DNA of 38,767 bases from the NCBI GenBank assembly GCA_946630615.1, contig CAMOYX010000003.1, positions 1-38,767 on the forward strand, written 5' to 3'. Made by a program: the position numbers and the translations under genes. The stretch is from an uncultured Mycoplasmatota bacterium (GTDB lineage Bacteria; Bacillota_I; Bacilli_A; RF39; UBA660). Position 1 is the stretch's first letter. Each line of letters starts with the position of its first letter. The notes under the pieces were generated by a model, which saw only the letters and a list, made by a program, of their open reading frames with translations, made no database searches and was not told the DNA's origin. This document shows positions 30,709-38,767 of this stretch, in pieces.

Positions 30709-31443
30709 CTATTTATTAACTTTTTTTAATGCTTTACCATTTGAATTAGTAGATAAAGTTACAGTTACAATTTCAACTAACGAGGCACTATCAAATATTT
30801 CATAATCCATTGGTAAAGAATTATCATCTAAAATAATACTATCGTCAAAATCAATTTTATACATTTCTCCATTACATGAAACACAATCTAAAATGTCAGC
30901 AGGATTTTCATATAATCTATACAATACAAACTTGTGTTTATCATTATCTACTATTGAATAATAAATACTTCCATTAATCCTATTAATCAATAAATCGCCT
31001 GTTACAAGTGTATTTAAATCTTTAGATAAACTGTTTTCAATTGATTTAGAAGTACCCTTACCATATTTAGATGAAACTAAACCAAATTTATCTTCTTGTG
31101 ATGATCTTACATATTCTCTATGAAATAGATTTAGTAAATAATCATCATCTGCAAATAAGGATTTTTTGCTTTTAATCATTTCCTTTTTAACTTCAACTAT
31201 ATAATTAAGAGAATAATTCTCTTCAGATGATAAACCAAAACAATTTTTTCTAGCATCACCATAAATTTTTAATCCACATACTAAATAATCACTAGAATAT
31301 CTTAAGACAATTCCTTTTTTTAAAGTCCCATCTACATCCATAAATTCAACAACATCACCAAACTTGTATTCATAAATCCAATCTTCAGAATTAAGAGACT
31401 TCTTCTTCGCTAATAATTGTTTTAAACCCTCTAATACATTCAT
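30709..31443 (-). CDS. Hypothetical protein
   Basis: Long ORF. Start ATG 31443 follows GGAGG; the upstream extension in the ORF track overlaps a TGnTATAAT promoter. Confidence 0.7.
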   Translation of the reverse strand: MNVLEGLKQLLAKKKSLNSEDWIYEYKFGDVVEFMDVDGTLKKGIVLRYSSDYLVCGLKIYGDARKNCFGLSSEENYSLNYIVEVKKEMIKSKKSLFADDDYLLNLFHREYVRSSQEDKFGLVSSKYGKGTSKSIENSLSKDLNTLVTGDLLINRINGSIYYSIVDNDKHKFVLYRLYENPADILDCVSCNGEMYKIDFDDSIILDDNSLPMDYEIFDSASLVEIVTVTLSTNSNGKALKKVNK

Positions 31444-31538
31444 ACATAAACCTCCATAAAGATAAGTCGTATTATAACACAAAGATAAAAATATACATTA
31501 AAAAAGTGAAATTTTTATACTTTCACTTAAATTAAAAC

Positions 31539-32024
31539 TCACTTATTAATAACAAAATTAATATTAATAACTTCATCCTGATTCTTAAATCTTATTATAT
31601 ATTGTCCATTACCCTCAAAAAGCATATAAATATACTTAACAAAACTATTATTTGGTTTTAGTACCTCACTATAATCAACCGAAGTATTAGAAAAATATTT
31701 AGATACATTATTTAATTCATTTTCATTAGGTCCATATAAATAATAAGCATTAGGATTAAAATAATAATCTGAATTCTTATTATTAATAATAGTAATTGGA
31801 ATTGATATAACAATTCTACCATTATAAATAGTATCTTCATTAACAATAGTAGAATAAGAATAATCACTTCCTACATTCATACTAACATTATCAAACATAA
31901 AATCAGTACCAAGTGATATATTGCTAACATTAGTTTTAACAGCACTTACTATTTCCTTAGTAACAAAAAATACACACAAAGCAATTATAGAAACAATAAG
32001 TATTGCATATATGTTCTTTATCAT
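31539..32024 (-). CDS. Membrane-anchored DUF4352-like (Ig-fold) protein
   Basis: N-terminal TM, then the I.ITIINN...F...Y.L...LKPN....G.Y pattern typical of DUF4352. Confidence 0.6.
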   Translation of the reverse strand: MIKNIYAILIVSIIALCVFFVTKEIVSAVKTNVSNISLGTDFMFDNVSMNVGSDYSYSTIVNEDTIYNGRIVISIPITIINNKNSDYYFNPNAYYLYGPNENELNNVSKYFSNTSVDYSEVLKPNNSFVKYIYMLFEGNGQYIIRFKNQDEVININFVINK

Positions 32025-32039
32025 AAACTTCTACCTTTC

Positions 32040-32080
32040 AAAAAATAAAAAGGGAATAGTATGACTTATTCCCTTTTTAT
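32040..32080 (-). terminator. Strong intrinsic terminator directly upstream of the RBS of the 161-aa gene
   Basis: 14-bp inverted repeat ATAAAAAGGGAATA/TATTCCCTTTTTAT plus T-tract. Confidence 0.8.
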
Positions 32081-32353
32081 CAAAAAATTGTAAGAATAAT
32101 ATGAATTTGTTTTTTACTTGATCAAATTCTTTCAAGTGTAGGAAACAAACCTACATGTCAATAATAATTTAAAGATAGTAATTTAGGATAGGATCAGTGG
32201 ACTACTATGATAATTATTATTGACTATCATAAACTTCTACTCCTTTCTTGATATGTATTATAACATTACTTGTTATCAATAAAAGTGAAATTTATGTGAA
32301 AACTATTTTAATCAAAAAAAGAAAGCAAATAAATTACTTGCTTTCTGACAGTA

Positions 32354-32563
32354 TTATTTCTTTTTATTTTTCCTAGCATCTTGAAAATAAGTTATAGCAG
32401 TAGCTATTAATGATAAACATAAAGCCCATGCTATATTAACCCCCGGATTAAATACAAAGTCTGTTCTTGTAATTAGACTCCAAACCCAATCAAGTAATGT
32501 CCAAATACAAAACGTTGTAATAATGGACACCACAAAATAAATTACATAATTCTTAAACTTCAT
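32354..32563 (-). CDS. Small 2-TM hypothetical protein
   Basis: 69 aa, two hydrophobic helices, basic tail, AAGGA RBS. Confidence 0.7.
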   Translation of the reverse strand: MKFKNYVIYFVVSIITTFCIWTLLDWVWSLITRTDFVFNPGVNIAWALCLSLIATAITYFQDARKNKKK

Positions 32564-32644
32564 AAACTTCTACTTTTTTCCTTTCTTAGTCGTATTATAC
32601 ACTATATCCTAATTAAAGCAAAAGAAAAATAAGACATAATTGTC

Positions 32645-33340
32645 TTATTTTAATTTAAAGAATTCATCAAACATTGCTTTTTGATCATTCTTAATTTCAT
32701 CAGTTAATTCTGCATCATGTTTAGTTTGTTTATCAGAAATACCTTCAATTAACTTTTCTGCTTTACCATCTTTAACAAAGATATAGTTTGGAGCGAAAAT
32801 TCTCTTTTCACCAGTACTTACTTTAACAGTCTTACCAGCATCATCTGTATAAGATAAATTATAATCAGATAAAACATTTCCTAATTTATCTAATAATTTA
32901 TAATATGCATCTGTTCCTTTAGCTGATAATTCTGGTTCATTCTTATCATTTAATTTATAAGTATCTCTTAAAATTTCTTCATGGAAGTCTTCCCAAATCT
33001 TAACATAATAAATCTTATCTACTTTGTTTTCAATTGCAGACTTAGTAGCCTCTTCAATTACACTTCTACACCAAGGACAATGTTCATCTCCAAAGTAAAC
33101 AAAGAATGTTTCATTACTATCAATCTTAGTTAATAAATCTTCTGGAGTAATATAAACAAATGGATTTTTTTCATCTACAGTTATTGTTCTATATTCGAAC
33201 TTACCATTATTTACTCCATTAATCTTTTCATACTCTTCTTTAAACTTAAGAGCATCTTCATTTTTCTTTTCACATCCAGTTAAAGAAATTATACTTGCTA
33301 ATGCTAAGAAACCTGTTAGCACTTTTTTCATTACTTTCAT
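32645..33340 (-). CDS. Thioredoxin-fold lipoprotein
   Basis: Lipobox LTGC, YFGDEHCPWCR (CxxC) and APNYIFVKDGK motifs. Confidence 0.8.
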   Translation of the reverse strand: MKVMKKVLTGFLALASIISLTGCEKKNEDALKFKEEYEKINGVNNGKFEYRTITVDEKNPFVYITPEDLLTKIDSNETFFVYFGDEHCPWCRSVIEEATKSAIENKVDKIYYVKIWEDFHEEILRDTYKLNDKNEPELSAKGTDAYYKLLDKLGNVLSDYNLSYTDDAGKTVKVSTGEKRIFAPNYIFVKDGKAEKLIEGISDKQTKHDAELTDEIKNDQKAMFDEFFKLK

Positions 33341-33409
33341 AATTTACCTCTTTTCTATGTTTCAAGTTTATAAAAAATAATAAAAAAAGTAACTAACTTT
33401 AAAGTTGAG

Positions 33410-34453
33410 TTACTTATTTATTAATTTTTTTATTTTATCTTGCTTAAATATTCTTCTATCTCTAAAAGAATAATAATGGGAAACCTTCACCATTCTTTCA
33501 AAAGAATAATCCTCATCTAAACATCTTTTTTCAATTCTACTAATAACACCAGGAGTTAATACTTCTTTTGGAATATTAACCATATAACCACAACAAGGAC
33601 ATAAATGATAATATCTATGTTCACTATCATATGGATTAACAAATATTTCATCTTCTTTTATATAAAAACTATTACCACAAGGTGATGTGTTTCCTGCTTT
33701 AATAATCTTACTATCACTACCATTACATTCAATTTCTAAATTCCAAGGTAATTCATCATGAAACTCTAAATATATATCTTGTTTCTGATCTTCAGTTAAT
33801 ATACATCCATTGTAATCATACCTGGCAGCATCACTAGATACATAATTTATAAAATTACTTGTTTCTAGTGCTTGATATTCATTATATCTTTTTTTCTTTC
33901 TTTTCTTCTTTTCTTCTACCATACACCATGTATTATTATTACTTATATATGAAATAGAATCTTCATTTTTATATTTATCTAATAATTGATATTGTTCTAA
34001 AGCTAATATTTTTTTATTTCTTATAAATAACATTCCCGATTGCAATTCAATAAAGCTTTTAACTTCTTTTAATAACTTAGTTAAATTAGGAATTATATTA
34101 TTATTCTCTCTACTTAATAATTCTAAATTATTCTTACATTCCAATAAAAAATCAGAATCTTTTTTCTTTTCTTCTAATTCTAAATATAGCTTACTTTCGT
34201 TATATGGAATATCACTTAATAAAAAAGATTCAACATCAGATAATACTTTTTTATCTATTAATCTAATAAATACAGATAGACCATCATCAGTACTTAAAGC
34301 CAATCTAGAATTAAACTCTGATATTCTTCTAATAAATCTATCTTTTTCTTCTCTAGTTTCTTTATATATGAAAGGAGCTAAAATATACTTAGCATTAATA
34401 TATAAATACTTATATCTATTAATAAATTCTTGTTCAATATCTTTATATTGCAT
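33410..34453 (-). CDS. Hypothetical protein with C-terminal Cys cluster (zinc-ribbon-like)
   Basis: IEC...PCG...LCPCCGY near the C-terminus, AGGAG RBS. Confidence 0.7.
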   Translation of the reverse strand: MQYKDIEQEFINRYKYLYINAKYILAPFIYKETREEKDRFIRRISEFNSRLALSTDDGLSVFIRLIDKKVLSDVESFLLSDIPYNESKLYLELEEKKKDSDFLLECKNNLELLSRENNNIIPNLTKLLKEVKSFIELQSGMLFIRNKKILALEQYQLLDKYKNEDSISYISNNNTWCMVEEKKKRKKKRYNEYQALETSNFINYVSSDAARYDYNGCILTEDQKQDIYLEFHDELPWNLEIECNGSDSKIIKAGNTSPCGNSFYIKEDEIFVNPYDSEHRYYHLCPCCGYMVNIPKEVLTPGVISRIEKRCLDEDYSFERMVKVSHYYSFRDRRIFKQDKIKKLINK

Positions 34454-34597
34454 GAAATATCTCCTAACAGAATAATAATAAATTAATAAAGTGAAAGAAT
34501 AGTTAAATTACTCTGAAAAATTTTCTTAATCACTTAATATAATTATAATATAAACTTATATTAATTTAGAGTATTGACTTTTAAAAAAAGGTAAAAA

Positions 34598-34900
34598 CTA
34601 TTTGTTTTTACCTTTATATAATTCAAATCTATATTTTTGTTTAACATTAGGATATTTCTCGTGATCCACTTCAGACATAAACATATCTTTAGGTCTAGCT
34701 GCAAAGTCTACTCCTTTAGTACATTCAGTTTCATATAGTGGTTTATATATAATTAATTCTTCACCATTTTCAGTATGTCTAGCACTTCCTATAATCTCAT
34801 ATAAATATAACTTAGCATTATTAAGTAATGCTTTCTCATCTTGTAGTTCTCTTTTAAAATGTTGTACTATATCTCCTTGATTAAATTCTCTATTATTCAT
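34598..34900 (-). CDS. DUF1653 domain protein
   Basis: HFKR...[20 protein letters not shown]...[20 protein letters not shown]. Confidence 0.85.
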   Translation of the reverse strand: MNNREFNQGDIVQHFKRELQDEKALLNNAKLYLYEIIGSARHTENGEELIIYKPLYETECTKGVDFAARPKDMFMSEVDHEKYPNVKQKYRFELYKGKNK

Positions 34901-34976
34901 TATTAACACCTCTTAATTATATTTAATAAATATATATAAATATCTTATACTATTTACACAAAAAAGCATAGTATAA

Positions 34977-35459
34977 CTATGCTTTCTTTGTTCTTCTTTT
35001 AATATTTGGATTATATTTAATTTCTTCATTTATAATAGCATTTAATCTTTTTACAAAAGATGCATTATGCTTTGATGCATATTCTTTCCATAAAGGATGA
35101 GTAGGTCCAAACTTTTCTTCGTAAGAAGGTACTCCATCAATAACAATATTATCATCAATAAAAGGAATAGATCTTAATAAATTAAAGTTATTCTCTATAT
35201 CAGCTTCATCAAAACCTCCACAGCTAAGTAACATTAATGTACGATTAAACTTATTTATACTTTTATCACAACAATCACTATATAAAGTATATAAATGAGT
35301 ACCTCTAATATTTAATGAGTCACACAGTAACACATTCATAATACCTCTATCACTTTTCATCATTTGTGCAAGTATAGCAATAGCACCAGGATTACCTTCA
35401 GACATTACATAAATCATATCTTCTATAGTTGAATTACCTCTTAACTTCTCATTACCCAT
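34977..35459 (-). CDS. Hypothetical protein (MSEGNPGA motif)
   Basis: 160-aa ORF with GGAGG RBS. The SEGNPGA...I.G..LY.LY.DCC pattern looks like a conserved domain. Confidence 0.7.
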   Translation of the reverse strand: MGNEKLRGNSTIEDMIYVMSEGNPGAIAILAQMMKSDRGIMNVLLCDSLNIRGTHLYTLYSDCCDKSINKFNRTLMLLSCGGFDEADIENNFNLLRSIPFIDDNIVIDGVPSYEEKFGPTHPLWKEYASKHNASFVKRLNAIINEEIKYNPNIKRRTKKA

Positions 35460-35566
35460 AATACACCTCCCTGTTTAGGGCTTAGTATAACATATTTTAA
35501 ATTAAATAAAAGCAAAATATAAAAACTCGCTAGATCTCATTAATAAGACTATGCGAGTTTAATTAA

Positions 35567-35608
35567 TTATTTAGCACAATATTGTTTATATTTCTTGCCA
35601 TTACCACA
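35567..35608 (-). pseudogene. Isolated SEC-C motif remnant (CGNGKKYKQYCAK*), resembling a secA 3' end
   Basis: In-frame stop immediately upstream and no start codon. Followed by the terminator AAACTCGC...GCGAGTTT (35523-35560). Confidence 0.6.
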
Positions 35609-35753
35609 TTACTTGTAATTTATGGCTTTTATAAGTTCTTGAGAGCATTTTGTAGCACTTTTGGCTATTGAATACACTTGGTAGCTACCGAGAGCATCTG
35701 GAAATTAACTATCAGGGTATCTAAAATACTTTTTAAAGATTTTCCATAATAGT

Positions 35754-36860
35754 TTAGCAACTACCTATCTTATCAATTTTTTCTATAAATTCATTTGAAA
35801 ATTTATACCATTTAAATATTGCTTTCTTTTTCTCCATATATTTTTCTAATTCTTCATCTGTATAATTTGGATTATTGTCTTTAAATCTACTTATAGTCCT
35901 ATTGTAACAAGTATCAATAGAAGTTCTAATTATAATTATTTTTCCCTTTAAAAGATTAATATCTTTAATGCAATGAAACTGTGCGCTATCAATAACAATT
36001 GTTTTATCATATTTTTTACAATACTTTAATATCTCAGTATATATTAGATCAAAATCATCTCCACAATAGGGTAACTCTTTATATTTACTTCTAAAATATT
36101 TTCCTAATTCTTTATTGATACCAGTACTATTTTCAAATCTATGTTCAGATAATATTTCATCAGTATCAACTATTAAATATTCACTACTATTAAAATGTTT
36201 TTTAGCATAAGTAGTTTTACCTGATCCACTTTGACCTGTTAAGTTAATAACTTTATCATTAGTTAAATCTTTTATATATGGTTCTTTATCTACAAATCTA
36301 CTAATTAACATATCTGATTTTATCTCATATAAAAACTCATCTATTTCTTTGACAAGCCCATTTATATTTTTTCTATCATTTTTTCCTCCATGAGAAATAA
36401 AATCATTCCACTCTTCTAATACATTATCAATATTATTTTTATTAACTCTATCTTTAATTATTGCATAAGCTGTTTTTTTATAATTCATAATACTTACAAC
36501 ACCAAGTGCTTTATAATACGATTTTTCTGGGATATTAGAGATTTTATAAAAATGAAGAGCTAATTCATCATCAATTTTTCTTGGATTACGTATAATTATT
36601 TTATTAGTTCTAAATATTGTTGTAGCACCCTCTATTTTTATGTTTTCAGCATCATCTGGAATTTCAACATCATAAATTGTATCTCCTCTATGTAACCATC
36701 TTAAAATACAATCTTCTGTTGTATAATTAAATCCTCCAAAATCCCTTCCTTTTTCTGCAGTAGGATTCCATTTTTCGGCAATGTTAACTTCATCTAGTTT
36801 ATATTCAAACCCACCAGCATTTGATTTTAATCCATCCATTACTCTAACGTATTTGATCAT
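35754..36860 (-). CDS. Two-domain protein: uncharacterised N-terminal domain + P-loop nucleotide-kinase-like domain
   Basis: INLTGQSGSGKTT Walker A, IVDTD, IVIDS and CYNR lid region. N-terminal GGFEYKLDEVN...GGFNY. Confidence 0.7.
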   Translation of the reverse strand: MIKYVRVMDGLKSNAGGFEYKLDEVNIAEKWNPTAEKGRDFGGFNYTTEDCILRWLHRGDTIYDVEIPDDAENIKIEGATTIFRTNKIIIRNPRKIDDELALHFYKISNIPEKSYYKALGVVSIMNYKKTAYAIIKDRVNKNNIDNVLEEWNDFISHGGKNDRKNINGLVKEIDEFLYEIKSDMLISRFVDKEPYIKDLTNDKVINLTGQSGSGKTTYAKKHFNSSEYLIVDTDEILSEHRFENSTGINKELGKYFRSKYKELPYCGDDFDLIYTEILKYCKKYDKTIVIDSAQFHCIKDINLLKGKIIIIRTSIDTCYNRTISRFKDNNPNYTDEELEKYMEKKKAIFKWYKFSNEFIEKIDKIGSC

Positions 36861-36973
36861 AATATCAACTCCTATAATAATTATAATATATTCTTTAATC
36901 TCTATTTAAAAACACCCGTAAAAAGGTATCTAAATTGATTCAAAACATATAAACCCACAATTTTTTAGCAAGT

Positions 36974-37834
36974 TTATCTATTACCTACAATTACTTTACC
37001 ATCTAGATTACAAATATATGCCTCAGGAATTAGTGCTTTAATTTCTTTTAAAATTTCATTATCTTTTTCATATTTTCTGCCTAATAATATTCCTTCTATT
37101 AAATTTGATGGTAAGCCAAATAAAATTGCTGATTCCCTATCTGTAAAAAAATCGTCTTTATATTTTCTTTGTTTAATAAATTTTTCATAATAATCTTGAT
37201 TAACAAATGGTTTAACGTCATCATCATTTATATTATTCGGATTTAAAATATCTCCTTTTAACAATTCTAAAGAGTGATTATTATTACCGCTAAATATTAT
37301 ACCGATTTGTACCCTATCTTGAACTAAACTTGGCATAAATCTTGCTTCCTTAGTTTGTTCTAAAGTCCACATATGGCAATCTATTTTTGATACTGTATCT
37401 AAAATATTATTCATCTCGTTATATGGAATAACTGCTGTTTGATTCTTTTTGGTATCAACCCCATTCTCAAAAATTCCACTATACATTATAGTTCCACCTG
37501 AATAAAAATTAATATAATCTTTTAAATAATAATCTTTTTTTAAGTTCCATACACCAACACTACTTGGATATTTAGAAAGTCTTCCATCTATAAACCAACT
37601 TGATATTAATCCATCTTTTAATATTTCTTTTAGACCATCAAGGTTTTTATATGTTCCATGTAATAAAGTTCCTTTTTTTAATTTTACTGTATCTCCAAAA
37701 TTATATTTAGCTTTATCTATAACACTATTTTTAACTTCATAATATTTTTTAATTTGCTCTACTAATTTTTTCTTTCCTTTTTCATCAAGCAGCATATTTT
37801 CATTAACTATATTTATATATTCTTCTTTAGTCAT
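36974..37834 (-). CDS. Hypothetical protein, possible ADP-ribosyltransferase-like fold
   Basis: LLHGT....L..ILKDGL and a C-terminal ESAILFGLPS.LIEGI. Confidence 0.55.
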   Translation of the reverse strand: MTKEEYINIVNENMLLDEKGKKKLVEQIKKYYEVKNSVIDKAKYNFGDTVKLKKGTLLHGTYKNLDGLKEILKDGLISSWFIDGRLSKYPSSVGVWNLKKDYYLKDYINFYSGGTIMYSGIFENGVDTKKNQTAVIPYNEMNNILDTVSKIDCHMWTLEQTKEARFMPSLVQDRVQIGIIFSGNNNHSLELLKGDILNPNNINDDDVKPFVNQDYYEKFIKQRKYKDDFFTDRESAILFGLPSNLIEGILLGRKYEKDNEILKEIKALIPEAYICNLDGKVIVGNR

Positions 37835-37933
37835 TAATTATCACTCCTATATTAATTATGTCATACTTATTATCATTCAAAAGCCATTTAAAAAGGTGTC
37901 TAATTTTTGAAAATATAAAAATATTACATTTAT

Positions 37934-38767
37934 TTATTCATCAAATTCTTTGCTATGTTCCTTAAAAAAACTACTATATACTTTTACATTATCAAGTTCT
38001 GTCCACTTTTTCGCTTTAACTGGAACAATATCTAAATCATATATTTTTGCTCCATTTAGCGCTAATAGAAATGGTGAATGTGTTGCAATTATAAATTGGC
38101 AATTATAATATCTCGCAGACTCCTCAATGAATGTTTTTAATTTTAATTGATTCTCAGCGGATAAACTATTTTCAGGTTCATCTATTATATATAGTGCATT
38201 ATCTTCAATTTCATTTTGCCAAAAATCTAATGCTGTTTCTCCATTTGATTCTTGTATAATATTATTATTTCTTAATCTAGTTCTAACATATTTTGATACA
38301 GTCATTCTATTAGAATCCACTTTATTTTTTAAATCTTCATATTGACTTAGACTTGAGTTATATCTTTCTGAAGATGCATTTTTATAGTCATAGTACTCGT
38401 TTATCAAATCTTCTTTTCTTCTATTAACATTTGAATTAATAGCTCTTAAATCTAACAAACAGTCAAATACATCGTCACTCGAAATGTATTTAATACTTTT
38501 ACATTCACTTAGATGTATCAATTCACAATGTTCTCTACATTTTCCTACATACTGATCAAAAAATTCACCTTTTTTATCAATATTTCTTTTAGAAGCATTA
38601 ATTGAATCACTAATTATATTTAAAAGAGTTGTTTTGCCAGAACCATTTCCTCCATAAAAAATAGTTATTGGCTCAAATTCTATATTTTCAAATTTTTTGT
38701 TAGGAAAAATTTTTAAAGGATAGAAATTGTTATGAATATCCATCTTATGCATAATCATTGAATATTC
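37934..38767 (-). CDS. ABC/AAA-type ATPase (predicted ATPase, SHGE-signature type), probably 5'-truncated by the window end
   Basis: GGNGSGKT, ESNGE signature, YIIDEPENSLS and IATHSPFLL motifs. The frame stays open to position 38767. Confidence 0.85.
   Translation of the reverse strand, partial: EYSMIMHKMDIHNNFYPLKIFPNKKFENIEFEPITIFYGGNGSGKTTLLNIISDSINASKRNIDKKGEFFDQYVGKCREHCELIHLSECKSIKYISSDDVFDCLLDLRAINSNVNRRKEDLINEYYDYKNASSERYNSSLSQYEDLKNKVDSNRMTVSKYVRTRLRNNNIIQESNGETALDFWQNEIEDNALYIIDEPENSLSAENQLKLKTFIEESARYYNCQFIIATHSPFLLALNGAKIYDLDIVPVKAKKWTELDNVKVYSSFFKEHSKEFDE

Noticed and set aside
32103-32250. preQ1-I or yybP-ykoY riboswitch
   Set aside because: The pseudoknot topology is similar to preQ1-I, but the conserved loop nucleotides are missing. 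The yybP-ykoY 3' (C/A)AGACC strand is absent.
28284-38767. Prophage or IS element in the accessory region
   Set aside because: No integrase, transposase, or structural phage genes are recognisable within the window.

Overview
AT-rich chromosomal window from a low-GC Firmicute. The 16S signatures suggest Bacilli of the RF39/Mollicutes-like type, which is an inference. All but one of the credible genes lie on the minus strand, co-oriented with an rRNA operon whose 16S 5' end and tandem promoters occupy 1-690. Positions 779-28208 are mostly housekeeping genes: DUF402, ctpA, cdaR-cdaA, smpB-rnr-secG, engB, typA, a radical SAM protein, yccA, ychF, abgT, DUF951, mscS, parB-parA, ftsH-tilS and a frameshifted prfB. 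Positions 28284-38767 are an accessory region: a GGDEF protein, a membrane XRE regulator, lipoproteins, orphans, ART-like and kinase proteins and an ABC-type ATPase. This region contains a decayed secA-like 3' end and repeated intergenic modules. The standout is an unannotated ~580-nt minus-strand transcription unit at about 11289-11869. It has its own sigma-A promoter and terminator, long G.U-rich helices, several pseudoknots and a duplicated 28-nt hairpin, making it a candidate large ornate ncRNA (ROOL-sized, possibly new). All protein assignments come from motif recognition by eye, not from database searches.
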